Assembly (NCBI GenBank): GCA_965214405.1
Contig: OZ243956.1
Location: 1,856,001 to 1,920,000 of the forward strand
DNA from: Trueperaceae bacterium
Lineage (GTDB): Bacteria > Deinococcota > Deinococci > Deinococcales > Trueperaceae
Direction: 5' to 3'
DNA: 64,000 nt
The translations under genes and the position numbers were made by a program. This document shows, in pieces, positions 1-9,701 of the stretch. Positions within the stretch are counted from its first letter, which is position 1, and every line of letters starts with the position of its first letter. The notes beneath the pieces are model-generated. The model did not search any database, had not been told where the DNA came from, and saw nothing but the letters and a program-made list of their open reading frames with translations.

Positions 1-273
1 GTTGTAGGTCAGAATGTTCATGAGGCCCTGCCAGAGCGCGCGGAGCGAATCCTCCCCCAAAAGCGGGTCCACCCGCTCTTGCACCTGCGCCCAGTTGACG
101 GTCACGAAACCGTAGTAGGCGAGCACTTGCAGGGCGATAAAAAGCAACCCCAAGGCGACGGCGAGCAGTTTGCCCACTTTTTTGAGCGCGTAGCCCGCGG
201 CAAAACCGGCGAGCAGACCGAACGAAATCTGTTGCAGATAGGGCGCGAGCGTGATGAGGTCGGGCGCGTTCAC
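1..273 (-). CDS. FUN14-family membrane protein (3' end runs off the window)
   Basis: Not in the ORF track. Manual translation from GTG at 273 gives MNAPDLITLAPYLQQISFGLLAGFAAGYALKKVGKLLAVALGLLFIALQVLAYYGFVTVNW, matching the FUN14 pattern G..GYA.KK...G.+.VNW. TACGCT lies 6 nt upstream. Confidence 0.8.
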   Translation of the reverse strand, partial: MNAPDLITLAPYLQQISFGLLAGFAAGYALKKVGKLLAVALGLLFIALQVLAYYGFVTVNWAQVQERVDPLLGEDSLRALWQGLMNILTYN

Positions 274-455
274 GGTGAGAGCGTATCACGAGGGGGTGAG
301 GCGTGAGGTGCGAGGGGCTTGTTATGAGATGGGGAGCTGGGGAGTAGAAAGGTGGGGAGAAAAAACCAGAACGATTCCCGAACTCTCCGTATCCCCCGCT
401 CCCCATTTCACTCAAGACCTGCACAACTTACACACGAGTACGGTACTATAGAGAG

Positions 456-1493
456 GTGATTCGCATTCGTCCGCGCGTTGAGCGCGCGCTCCAAAAGGGT
501 GAGGCGGTGGTGGCTTTGGAGTCCACCGTCGTCACGCACGGTTTGCCCCGCCCGGACAATTTGGCGCTTGCGGAGCGGCTCGAGAGAGTCGTCGAAGCCG
601 CGGGCGCGGTTCCCGCCACGGTCGGTCTTATCCAAGGAAAACTTGTGGTGGGCCTCAACCGAGACGAACTCGAGCACCTCGCCACACATGACGTAGAGAA
701 AGCGTCTCTCTGGAACCTCGCCGCGTTGGCGGCGGCGGGCGCGGACGCGGGCACGACCGTGGCGACCACGCTTCACGCGGCGGCGGGGGTTGGGATAAAG
801 GTGTTTGCAACGGGCGGCATTGGCGGGGTTCATAAAGGCGAGCACGGCCAAACCTTTGACGAATCCGCCGACTTAGGGGCGCTCGCGCGCTATAGCGTCG
901 TGACCGTCTGCGCCGGGCCGAAGTCGATCTTGGACGTGAGCGCGACGGTGGAGCGGCTCGAGAGCTTAGGCGTCCCCGTTCTCGGCTATCAAACGGACTT
1001 TTTGGCGGGCTTTCACGTGCCCGCGACGCGGTTGCCCGTGGCGGCGCGTTGCGAGAGCCCGGAGGAGGTCGCAAGACTTTTTTATGCGGGACGCGCGCTT
1101 GGTCTGCCTAGCGCGGCACTCGTTTGTAAACCCGTGTCGGAGGGTCTGGACGCCGACGAACTGAGCGGATGGCTCGCTCAAGCCCAACATGAGGCTGCCG
1201 CGGAGAGGCTAAGCGGCAAGGACCTGACGCCCTACCTCCTAGCCAGGCTCGCCGAACTCTCTTACGGGCGCAGCGTCGAGGTCAACCGCAGGTTGTTAGA
1301 AGAAAACGCCCGCTTAGGGGCCGAGATAGCTCGAGCGCTCGCCCAGGAACCCACAGAAGTCACCACAGAAATCACCACAGAAATCACCCTAAAAACCACA
1401 GCGGAGCCCGCGCCAACGCGCCAAGCCTCCACATCACCCGACCTCACCGCCAAGTCCGCAAGAGAGTATCAGAAGATAGGTGACGTACCATGA
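456..1493 (+). CDS. psuG: Pseudouridine-5'-phosphate glycosidase with a low-complexity C-terminal tail
   Basis: Motifs VVALESTVVTHGLP, GTTVATT, FATGGIGGVH, GPKSILD and GKDLTPYLL. Confidence 0.95.
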   Translation: MIRIRPRVERALQKGEAVVALESTVVTHGLPRPDNLALAERLERVVEAAGAVPATVGLIQGKLVVGLNRDELEHLATHDVEKASLWNLAALAAAGADAGTTVATTLHAAAGVGIKVFATGGIGGVHKGEHGQTFDESADLGALARYSVVTVCAGPKSILDVSATVERLESLGVPVLGYQTDFLAGFHVPATRLPVAARCESPEEVARLFYAGRALGLPSAALVCKPVSEGLDADELSGWLAQAQHEAAAERLSGKDLTPYLLARLAELSYGRSVEVNRRLLEENARLGAEIARALAQEPTEVTTEITTEITLKTTAEPAPTRQASTSPDLTAKSAREYQKIGDVP

Positions 1494-2752
1494 GCGATGC
1501 CCCCCTGACCAATCCCCTAGAACCCGCCGCCTCGCCTCCCAGACCCCAGAGCCTCGGCGACGTGCTGCGAGAGGCGCGCGAGGGCAAGGACCTGAGCCTA
1601 AACGATGTCGCCGACATCACACATATCCGTAAAGAGTACCTGCGGGCGCTCGACGAGGGGCGCTATGACGACCTGCCCGAGGAGGTCTATACCCGCAACT
1701 TCATCAAGCTCTATGCGGGGGCGGTTGGGCTGGACGATGCGCGGCTGCTCGAGCGCTACAGCCGCGAGCGCGAGCACCGCGCGCAACCGGAGCCGGAACC
1801 GCTCACCGTCCCCGCGTCACGACCCACCACGTCTTCCGCTGCGCCCCCGCGCAAGAAAGTGAGGGCGGCGCGTGGGAACCAGGGCGGGGGTATCGTCACC
1901 ACGCTGCTTAGCCTCATTTTCGTCGGGATGCTTGTCGGGGTGGCGGTTTGGGGCTTTAACGAGCTTTTCTTGGCCCAGCGTTCGCCGTCCACTCAGGTCG
2001 CCGGGGACACAGGTGCTCTTCCTGGCGCACAAACTGGGGCGGAAGCCGGGATAGCTGAAGCTGGGACAGATGAAACGGGCTCGAGTGCCCCCACCACCGG
2101 CTTTGAAGCCGCCGCGAGCCAATCAGCCGTCCAGAACGCGTCCACCACGGGCGCAGGCGCGGGCACGGGGGTAAGCACAGGGGACACGGTTTTCTTGACC
2201 CTCACGTCGGTACCCCCCAACGCGGAGGTGAGCATCGACAACTACGACTTTCCCGGCACCACGCCGCTCGAGCGCGTCCCCATGACGCCGGGCGAAGACC
2301 GCGTGCTGCGGGTGAGCCGCGAAGGCTATGAGACCTTTGAAGCGCCCATCGACCTGAGCGAAGACCGCGACCTCTCGGTGGTGCTGACGCCTCTTGACAG
2401 CACAACAGGAGGAACGGGCACGCTCATTACCGGCGCGGGCGCGGAGACGGACACCGTGGTGGACGGTGAGGTGGTGGACACAGCGGGGACGAGCGCTCTC
2501 ACGGGCGGCGCGGGCACGCTCAGCGTCACCGTCGCGGCGACCTCGTGGTTGGAGGCCTACACGGGCGCGGCGAGGGGCGAGGGCGAAACGCTCCTCTACC
2601 GCAATGTTGAGCCCGGTGAAACGCTCACCTTTGACGAGCCCGTCTACCTTTTCGCGGGCAACGCGGGCGGCGTGCTCGTCGCCCAGTCGGGCGGCGCGCC
2701 CGCGCCTTTAGGGAATAGTGGTCAGGTGCTGGGCCGCGCTTTTGGCAACTGA
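1490..2752 (+). CDS. rodZ: RodZ-like protein (N-terminal HTH, one TM helix, PEGA-like domain, DUF4115-like C-terminus)
   Basis: LGDVLREARE..LSLNDVADITHIRKEYLRALDEG..LP..VYTRNFIKLYA; TM segment; C-terminal SWLE..GNAGGV motif. Confidence 0.75.
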   Translation: MSDAPLTNPLEPAASPPRPQSLGDVLREAREGKDLSLNDVADITHIRKEYLRALDEGRYDDLPEEVYTRNFIKLYAGAVGLDDARLLERYSREREHRAQPEPEPLTVPASRPTTSSAAPPRKKVRAARGNQGGGIVTTLLSLIFVGMLVGVAVWGFNELFLAQRSPSTQVAGDTGALPGAQTGAEAGIAEAGTDETGSSAPTTGFEAAASQSAVQNASTTGAGAGTGVSTGDTVFLTLTSVPPNAEVSIDNYDFPGTTPLERVPMTPGEDRVLRVSREGYETFEAPIDLSEDRDLSVVLTPLDSTTGGTGTLITGAGAETDTVVDGEVVDTAGTSALTGGAGTLSVTVAATSWLEAYTGAARGEGETLLYRNVEPGETLTFDEPVYLFAGNAGGVLVAQSGGAPAPLGNSGQVLGRAFGN

Positions 2753-2778
2753 GATGTTTTATAAAGTGGTCCGGTAGT

Positions 2779-3933
2779 ATGGTCTGGTTTCTCGCCTCCC
2801 GCTCGCTCCGTGGGCGTCCGCTCCGCACCTTTTTGACCGCGCTGGGTATCGCCGTGGCGGTGGGCTCGATGGTCATGTTTCTCTCACTGGGCGAGGGCTT
2901 ACGAAAAGTGTTCGCTGAAGGCCTCGGCAACGTCGGCCCCGATTTGCAGGTGAGCTACGGTCCCTTCGACGCGGCCTCGCTCACCGCGGTGCCCGAGCTG
3001 CCGCTCTCGTATTTGGATGACTTGCAAAGAGACGCGGAGGCGTACGGGATAGAAAAAGTCACGCCCCTGCTCCTCTACGTCCGCGGGGGCTTAAGTCTCA
3101 GCAACTCATTTATTTTTGAGGGGCTGCCGCCGGAAGAAGATATCAGCAGCATCTACTATGGCTACACGCTACAGGGGGGCCGCACCCTCCAGCCGAGCGA
3201 CGAAGAGGCGCGCGTCGCGGTTGTCGGGTCGCAGACCGCAGAGCGGAGCGGCTTGGGCTTGGGCGACACGTTGCGCCTCAACCCGGAAGCGAGTTTTGAG
3301 ATCGTCGGCATCGCCAAGTCCGAGGGCGGTCTGGCCGACAACACCATTTTTGTGCCCCTCAAACCCCTCCAGGAGGCCATCGGCATCCGCGACCGCGTCA
3401 CCTTTTTTGCGCTCGAGTTGGCGGACAGCTCGAGCGCCGCCGCGACCGCCACCGAGCTCGCCACGGCCTTTCCCAAACTCGGCTTCCAGACCCGCGGCGA
3501 CGTGCTGGGCGTGATCGAGCAGGGCGTCCGCGTGACCGACGTGGTGAGGCTGGGCATTTCCGCGATTTCGCTCATCGTCGGGGCCATCGCGGTAGCGAAC
3601 ACGATGCTGATGAGCGTGTTCGAGCGCACCAAGGAGTTCGGGGTGGTGCGGGCGCTGGGGGCGAAGCCGCGCTTTCTCTTCGGGTTGGTGCTGGTCGAGT
3701 CGGTGCTGTTAAGCCTCGTCGGCGCGGTTTTCGGGGTAGCCTTCGGAAGGCTCGGCATCGTGATTATCAACCGCGTGACCGAAGGGCTTATCGGGCTCGA
3801 CGTGGCCGCGCTGACGGTGCGGCTGGTGCTGTTCGCGGTGGCGGTGGCGGTGGCGATGGGGCTCGGCTCGGGGCTGTTGCCCGCGGCCAGGGCCGCGCGT
3901 ATTCCTGTGGCGGTGGCGATGTCGCGGGAATGA
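2779..3933 (+). CDS. ABC transporter permease, MacB/FtsX family
   Basis: RTFLTALGIAVAV, NTMLMSVFERTKEFGVVRALGA and PAARAARI motifs. Confidence 0.92.
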   Translation: MVWFLASRSLRGRPLRTFLTALGIAVAVGSMVMFLSLGEGLRKVFAEGLGNVGPDLQVSYGPFDAASLTAVPELPLSYLDDLQRDAEAYGIEKVTPLLLYVRGGLSLSNSFIFEGLPPEEDISSIYYGYTLQGGRTLQPSDEEARVAVVGSQTAERSGLGLGDTLRLNPEASFEIVGIAKSEGGLADNTIFVPLKPLQEAIGIRDRVTFFALELADSSSAAATATELATAFPKLGFQTRGDVLGVIEQGVRVTDVVRLGISAISLIVGAIAVANTMLMSVFERTKEFGVVRALGAKPRFLFGLVLVESVLLSLVGAVFGVAFGRLGIVIINRVTEGLIGLDVAALTVRLVLFAVAVAVAMGLGSGLLPAARAARIPVAVAMSRE

Positions 3934-4077
3934 GAGGAGCAAAGAATCACCATCCTCATCGTCAACCGCTGTACATCAGAAGATGGCTCTCATTTTAATT
4001 TTGCTATAGCAAGCATTTTATTTGATGTGCGACTGCAAGTTTTCGAGTAGCAATGAGTAAGAAGGTTGAGGAGTGAT

Positions 4078-4881
4078 ATGGAAAACTCGTTTCCGCTCCA
4101 ACCCGCTGAAAATACGTTGGCTGCTTCATGGCTGATAAGCGGTTGGAAAGGTTTCTTTGAGACTGTAGAGTCCCTTATTCCTGCGGGTTACGAAGCGTAC
4201 GCGCGTATCTACCACCCGGTTTGGCTCGAGGTAGGCGGTCTAAGGACACGTTTAACATGGCAAGATATTGCCAAAGAGAATAACCGGACGGTTCATAGAG
4301 AGATGCAGTGGTACGGCGTTGGCGGTGGGCATCCTCTGCTAGATAGTGATGGTTATCGCTTATCCGATATTACTGAGGCCGAGCTATCTGATAAAAGCCT
4401 CGAAATTCCTGCTATGGGTACGGTACCCCTTGAAGTTGTTCAACCGCTGTGGCGTATCCTCACCAACTACACGACAACCGCGGGGAAGTGCTGGTTTGCT
4501 GTGTGGGAAGGTTTCGATTATCCAGGTCCCAACTCTCGGCCAGTGGCACCAAGATTCGGAATTCCAGAGCGTAACTACTACCTCTTTAATGCTCCCCTAA
4601 AGGCTATAGAACAGTCATTCAACATAGCACCCATTCATCAAGGCTCTTGGCGTTTTCATCAAACCGCTAACGTCTGGTGGCCTGACGACCGAGCTTGGTG
4701 TGTCGCTACGGAAATAGATTTTATGACTACTTATATAGGTGGTACAAAAGAGGCTATGGCTGCAATCGTTGCAAGTCCAGCTTTTGAGGCTGATCTTGTG
4801 GAACTGTCGGACAGTGTGAACCTCGATATGCTCAATCTCCTCCCAAATAAACAGCTCAACAGGCCTTTGGAAGCCCGTTAA
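4078..4881 (+). CDS. Conserved hypothetical protein in a lower-GC islet
   Basis: GAGGAG RBS before ATG 4078. The C-terminal WWPDDRAWCVATEID.TYIGG motif is one I recall from uncharacterised bacterial proteins. Confidence 0.7.
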   Translation: MENSFPLQPAENTLAASWLISGWKGFFETVESLIPAGYEAYARIYHPVWLEVGGLRTRLTWQDIAKENNRTVHREMQWYGVGGGHPLLDSDGYRLSDITEAELSDKSLEIPAMGTVPLEVVQPLWRILTNYTTTAGKCWFAVWEGFDYPGPNSRPVAPRFGIPERNYYLFNAPLKAIEQSFNIAPIHQGSWRFHQTANVWWPDDRAWCVATEIDFMTTYIGGTKEAMAAIVASPAFEADLVELSDSVNLDMLNLLPNKQLNRPLEAR

Positions 4882-5045
4882 GCTCTTCTAACGGTATGAT
4901 TCTCAGTTACAGGTGCTTGCAGAGAATGTTGTCGAGACGGCTGGATTTACTATTACCTTTGGCAGTGACGGCGACTTTATGTTGTGATGGTGCGGCTTCT
5001 CCCCCAACAGCCGAGTTCTCCGCCTTTTGGACAAAAGTAGCCTAA

Positions 5046-5624
5046 TCAGTCGAGGGCTGCTAAAGCCAGTTCTACAATACCCTCGAGCGTACCTCCGTCA
5101 GAATTCTTCCGCGCCCTGACCTGCAGGCCAATCACGACGTTGTAAAGAAAGGCGGCGAGCGCTCGAGAGTTTTTACTCTCGGCAATCTCGCCGCGCGCCT
5201 GCCCACGCCGAATCGCCTCAGCGAACACCGCCTCGTTCTCTCTCTCGGCGTTATCGACTATTTCACGAACCGCCGGGTCGGCGGCGGCGAGTTCGGTCAT
5301 CGCGTTGACCATCATGCAACCCTTACACTCAGCATCGTCTACGGCCTCGCGGATGATGCAGGCAAATAAGTGGTCGAATCCTTTTCTGACCGGACCCTCG
5401 CTCAAGCAGGCGAGCAAACCCTCGGCCCGCAAGGTTCGGTAATGCCCAAGCGCCTCGAGGTATAAGCTGTGTTTGTCGCCAAAGCTGTTGTAGAGGCTCT
5501 GGCGCTTGATATTCATCGCCGTCGTGAGATCGTCTAACGTCGTGGCCTCGTAACCTTGACGCCAAAACACGATCATCGCTTCGATCAAAACTTTGCTACG
5601 GTCAAACTCGCGCGGGCGGGCCAT
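5046..5624 (-). CDS. TetR/AcrR family regulator (NemR/ComR-like)
   Basis: MARPREFD..FWRQGYEATT..SLYNSFGDK; GCMMVN motif; GGAGG RBS. Confidence 0.93.
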   Translation of the reverse strand: MARPREFDRSKVLIEAMIVFWRQGYEATTLDDLTTAMNIKRQSLYNSFGDKHSLYLEALGHYRTLRAEGLLACLSEGPVRKGFDHLFACIIREAVDDAECKGCMMVNAMTELAAADPAVREIVDNAERENEAVFAEAIRRGQARGEIAESKNSRALAAFLYNVVIGLQVRARKNSDGGTLEGIVELALAALD

Positions 5625-5690
5625 GCTGCCTCCTAGAGGAGAGTTTATACGTTTTTTACTTTTTGGTCAACAACTTGCCATAGTGCCTTT

Positions 5691-5952
5691 ATGAACCACA
5701 CAGGACTCATCCCCAAACGTTTTGAGATTGTCGTGTTCTCTTTTTTTCTCTCGCTGTTTATGACCTTTATCGTCTCGGGAATCTCGACCTTAAGAACGCT
5801 CGGGTTTAGCGAAATTTTTGCGACGGCTTGGGTGTCCAACTTTATCTCTTCATGGCCGGTGGCCTTTCCGGCTGTAACTCGTCGTCGCGCCCGTTGTGCG
5901 TAAGCTTGTCGCTCGGCTCATCAAGCCGGATGACGGTAGGCGGCTCCGGTGA
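5691..5952 (+). pseudogene. DUF2798-family small membrane protein, frameshifted near 5877
   Basis: The frame reads ..SWPVAFPAV. Removing one base restores LVVAPVVRKLVARLIK, the expected family C-terminus. Confidence 0.7.
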
Positions 5953-6077
5953 GGCAGACGTTTTGGTAGGACCCCAAAGCCATCCTTTAGTCTACCGATA
6001 ATCTACCGAACGCGAGCCGAGAAATGGTCCGTCACAACGGTTGCAGTGTGGGCCGCCCCCACAGGATATGCTGACCC

Positions 6078-6812
6078 GTGCTCCACGCGCGACACCTCTC
6101 CAAAATCTACCGCGACCCCTCGGGCGAGGTGGCCGCCCTCACCGACTTTAGCCACGCCTTTGCGGTGGGTAAGCTTACCGCCATCATGGGACCCTCCGGC
6201 TCGGGCAAGTCCACGCTCCTTAATGTGCTCGCGGGGTTGGACGCGCCTTCACACGGCACCCTCCACTTTCACGACGTTCTGATGAACACGCTTTCCGAAA
6301 GCGCGCGCGCCGAACTCAGGCTGCGCAAGTTCGGTTTTGTGTTTCAGTCGTTCAATTTGGTCTCGGTGCTGAACGCTCAGCAAAACGTCGCCTTCCCGAT
6401 GGGGCTGGCCGGGGTTGCCTTTGGAGAGCGGCGCGCGCGGAGTTTGGAACTTTTAGAGCGCTTCGGCTTAGGCAAGCGCGCGGGCCACCTCCCCTATAAG
6501 CTTTCCGGCGGCGAACGCCAGCGCGTCGCGGTGGCGAGGGCACTGGCGAACGACCCCGAGGTGGTGTTCGCTGACGAGCCGACGGGTAATTTGGACTCCA
6601 AAAGCGGCGAGGGTGTCTTGTCCGTTTTGCAAGAGGTGGCGAGGGAGGGACGTTGCGTCATCGTGGTGACGCACGACCCCAAGATTGCCGAGCGGGCGGA
6701 CGAGGTGCTCGAGCTAGAAGACGGACTGTTGCAGGCTCACCGGCACCATGTCAAAGGTAGGGGGAGAGACGTGCGGCTCGAGGCCAAAAAACTCACAAAG
6801 GAACCCGCGTGA
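6078..6812 (+). CDS. ABC transporter ATP-binding protein, LolD/MacB-like
   Basis: Walker A GPSGSGKS, signature LSGGERQRVA, FADEPTGNLDS and VTHD. Confidence 0.95.
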   Translation: MLHARHLSKIYRDPSGEVAALTDFSHAFAVGKLTAIMGPSGSGKSTLLNVLAGLDAPSHGTLHFHDVLMNTLSESARAELRLRKFGFVFQSFNLVSVLNAQQNVAFPMGLAGVAFGERRARSLELLERFGLGKRAGHLPYKLSGGERQRVAVARALANDPEVVFADEPTGNLDSKSGEGVLSVLQEVAREGRCVIVVTHDPKIAERADEVLELEDGLLQAHRHHVKGRGRDVRLEAKKLTKEPA

Positions 6813-7162
6813 CCCGACTTAGGGCCGCGCAATTGGGGGCGCTGCTCGCCTTTTTGGGTGTGGCGTTGGGCGCATTCGGGACGCACAGCCTCACAGGGGT
6901 GCTCACGCCTGAGCGGCTTGGCACTTACCAGACGGGTATTCGCTACCAGATGTATCACGCACTGGGTTTGCTCGCAGTGGGTGCATTGCCGTTACGCACC
7001 TACCGCCCCGCACTCCTCCTCTTTACAGGTAGCGTCATCTTTTCGGGTTCCCTCTACGTTCTTGCATTAAGCGGCGTGTCCTGGTTCGGCGCGGTAGCGC
7101 CCGTGGGGGGCCTTTTACAACTCGCGGGTTGGGCCTGGCTCTTTTTTGCCTTGCGAAAATAG
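6809..7162 (+). CDS. DUF423 (YgdD/TMEM256) membrane protein
   Basis: GAFGTH, YQMYHAL, FSGSLY and GAVAPVGG motifs. Confidence 0.9.
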   Translation: MTRLRAAQLGALLAFLGVALGAFGTHSLTGVLTPERLGTYQTGIRYQMYHALGLLAVGALPLRTYRPALLLFTGSVIFSGSLYVLALSGVSWFGAVAPVGGLLQLAGWAWLFFALRK

Positions 7163-7177
7163 AATAGACGCGCCAGC

Positions 7178-7202
7178 AAAAAGACGGGCCGGAGCCCGCC
7201 TC
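7178..7202 (-). terminator. Intrinsic terminator downstream of hsp20
   Basis: Minus strand GGCGGGC-TCCG-GCCCGTC followed by TTTTT. Confidence 0.7.
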
Positions 7203-7226
7203 AGCCTCCTCTACGAGAACAGCACT

Positions 7227-7682
7227 CTAGCCGTTGTTGCCCTCTTCACCGCTCCCCTGCCCGCTACTTTTGGACGTGTTTACGTTTATTTTGCGCGGCT
7301 TGGTGCTTTCAGAACGGGGAATGAGGAGATTCAGCACACCGTTGTCGTAACTCGCCTCCACCTTGCTCAGGTCGTAGGTGTTGGGAATGTTAAAGGAGCG
7401 GCTAAATTCGCCTTTGGGACGGCCCTGATAATGAACCGTCTGCGACTCGCTCTTTTTGTAGTGCCGCGTCGCCTTGACGGTGAGGCTGCTCTGCTCGGTC
7501 GTCACATCTAGGCTGCCCTCGTCTACGTCGGGCAGATCAAGGTAGATAAACAGCCCCTCGGTGTCCTCTACAATGTCGGTTGCGGGTGCCCAGGTGCTCA
7601 CCGCTCGCTCCCCTCTCACCGCGCGGTCAACGCGGCGCTGCACGTCTTCTAGTTCTTCCCACGGATTCCAGCTTTGTAACAT
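7227..7682 (-). CDS. Small heat shock protein, Hsp20/alpha-crystallin family
   Basis: PATDIVE, GEFSRSFNIP and ASYDNGVL motifs; GGAGG RBS. Confidence 0.93.
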   Translation of the reverse strand: MLQSWNPWEELEDVQRRVDRAVRGERAVSTWAPATDIVEDTEGLFIYLDLPDVDEGSLDVTTEQSSLTVKATRHYKKSESQTVHYQGRPKGEFSRSFNIPNTYDLSKVEASYDNGVLNLLIPRSESTKPRKINVNTSKSSGQGSGEEGNNG

Positions 7683-7791
7683 TGCACTACCTCCCTGGAT
7701 GATAGTAGGGCCTGGGCTCGAGCCCGCAAAGTGAAGCGACCTACAAATTTCTCACAAATCTCTGTGGGTGACCGCTCAGGGCGCTATTCCG

Positions 7792-9141
7792 CTACTCCTC
7801 TAAGGATGGGATGCGGTGAGTCCGAATGACCTCCTGAAACCACTCGAACGAACGTTTGGGTGTGCGGCGTTGCGTCGCGTAGTCTACATAAATGAGCCCA
7901 AAACGCTTCGTGTACCCCTCCGCCCACTCAAAATTGTCGAGGAGCGACCAGGCGAAGTAGCCCCTGACGTTCGCGCCCTCTGAAAGTGCGCGGTGGAGCG
8001 CTTCTAAATACTGCGTAAAAAAAGCGACGCGGTCGTCGTCCTCTACGCGGCCGCCGGGCGTCGGCACGTCGGGAAAGGCCGCGCCGTTTTCGGTAACAAA
8101 GACGGTGGGGTTATCGTAGTGTTGCGCGAGGTCCATAAGCTGTTCGTAAAGCGCGTCCGGGTAGACTTCCCAGCCCATGTCGGTGAGCGTGGCGTCCGGG
8201 GACGGCGGCGCTTGCGTCACGCCCAGAACGGTATCCTTGTCGGCCCGGACGCGCGTGCGCGTGTAGAGGTTTAGGCCCAGGAAATCTACGGGCTGCTCTA
8301 TGAGGTCTAGGTCGCCGCCTTGGATGTGGGGCTCGAGCACTCCCTGCACACCCTCCGGGTAACGCCCGCGAAAAAGGGGGTCCAAAAAGGCGCGGTTGCT
8401 CCACGCGTCGAAAAACTCCGCCGCCCGCGCGTCCTCTTCGGAATCCGTCGCAGGATGAACGGGCTGCAAGTTGAATACGGTGCCGAGCTTCCAGCGTTCA
8501 CTGGTCTCCCGCAGCATCTTTAGCGCCGACCCCTGCGCTAGGTTTTGATGGTGGATGGCCGCGGCGTAGGCGTCTTTACTCTTTATTCCCGGCGCGTGCA
8601 GGCCCAGCAGGTGACCCAAAAGCGCCGTAATGTGCGGCTCGTTGAACATGACGAAGTGCTCCACCCGGTCGCCGTAGCGTTCGGCCACATGGGCCGCGTA
8701 GTCGGCAAACCAGTGAGCGATATCGCGGTTTTGCCAGCCGCCTTTGTCCTGGAGCGCCTGCGGCAAGTCCCAATGGTACAAGCAGAGCCAGGGCGCGATG
8801 CTCGCCCCCAAAAGCGTGTCGATAAGCCGGTCGTAGAAGTCGCCGCCTTTGGGGTTGGGCCGCCCGCGCCCCTCGGGGAGGAGGCGGCTCCAGGAGGTCG
8901 AAAAGCGGTAAGCGTCCAGACCCAAGTCGCTCATCAGCGCGACGTCCTCGGCGTAACGGTGGTAGTGGTCGCAGGCTGTGTCGCCGGTGTCGCCGTTTTT
9001 GATCCGACCCGGCGTGTGGCTAAAGGTGTCCCAGATGCTCCGCCCCCGACCGTCTTCGTTTACCGCGCCCTCGATCTGATAACTCGCGGTCGAAGCGCCC
9101 CACATGAAACTTTCTGGAAACTCAACTGAAGAATTAGGCAT
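7792..9141 (-). CDS. Glycoside hydrolase family 1 beta-glucosidase
   Basis: ASYQIEG, acid/base FNEP, nucleophile VTENG and WSLLDNFEW. Start moved to ATG 9141, which has TACACT 6 nt upstream. Confidence 0.95.
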   Translation of the reverse strand: MPNSSVEFPESFMWGASTASYQIEGAVNEDGRGRSIWDTFSHTPGRIKNGDTGDTACDHYHRYAEDVALMSDLGLDAYRFSTSWSRLLPEGRGRPNPKGGDFYDRLIDTLLGASIAPWLCLYHWDLPQALQDKGGWQNRDIAHWFADYAAHVAERYGDRVEHFVMFNEPHITALLGHLLGLHAPGIKSKDAYAAAIHHQNLAQGSALKMLRETSERWKLGTVFNLQPVHPATDSEEDARAAEFFDAWSNRAFLDPLFRGRYPEGVQGVLEPHIQGGDLDLIEQPVDFLGLNLYTRTRVRADKDTVLGVTQAPPSPDATLTDMGWEVYPDALYEQLMDLAQHYDNPTVFVTENGAAFPDVPTPGGRVEDDDRVAFFTQYLEALHRALSEGANVRGYFAWSLLDNFEWAEGYTKRFGLIYVDYATQRRTPKRSFEWFQEVIRTHRIPSLEE

Positions 9142-9701
9142 AGCGTCAGTGTAAGAGCCTCGAGGGCGAACTATTGCAAGGGTGCTTGCAAAGCCGGTCG
9201 AGCCTCCAATCTCGAGCCTCCACACGTATCATTCATCCGCGCAATCCGTACGCCGTCCCCACCCCGTGACGTTCAACTCACAGAACGACGGGCACGCCTT
9301 GTGTAAAGCTTTTAAGGAAATCCGTCGTGAACGCAAAAGCCACTTCATCTACCGGGGAAGCAACGGCAAAAGGAAAAACCCCAGATGAGCTTAAATCGTG
9401 AGCAGATAAAGCAACCTTTTTTGATGAAGTCTTGGCGTAAGCCAGAGTGCATTAACGGGGGGTGAGGAGTCGATATATTGGACTCTTCGGGCGCGCTTGC
9501 GCCTTTAGGGTGTCCACATGCTTGCGCCGACCAGTCACGGTGGCACATTTTTAGTGTGCATCACGCGCCTTCCCGCCCGCTACGCAGTCTTTTTTCATCG
9601 CCAAGGGGGCGTGCTATAGTGGCTGAGCACGTTTATGTGCCATGCTGATATGCACCCTGTTGACGCCTTGCGTGAGCTCTATACGCCCTGTGGAGGACCT
9701 T

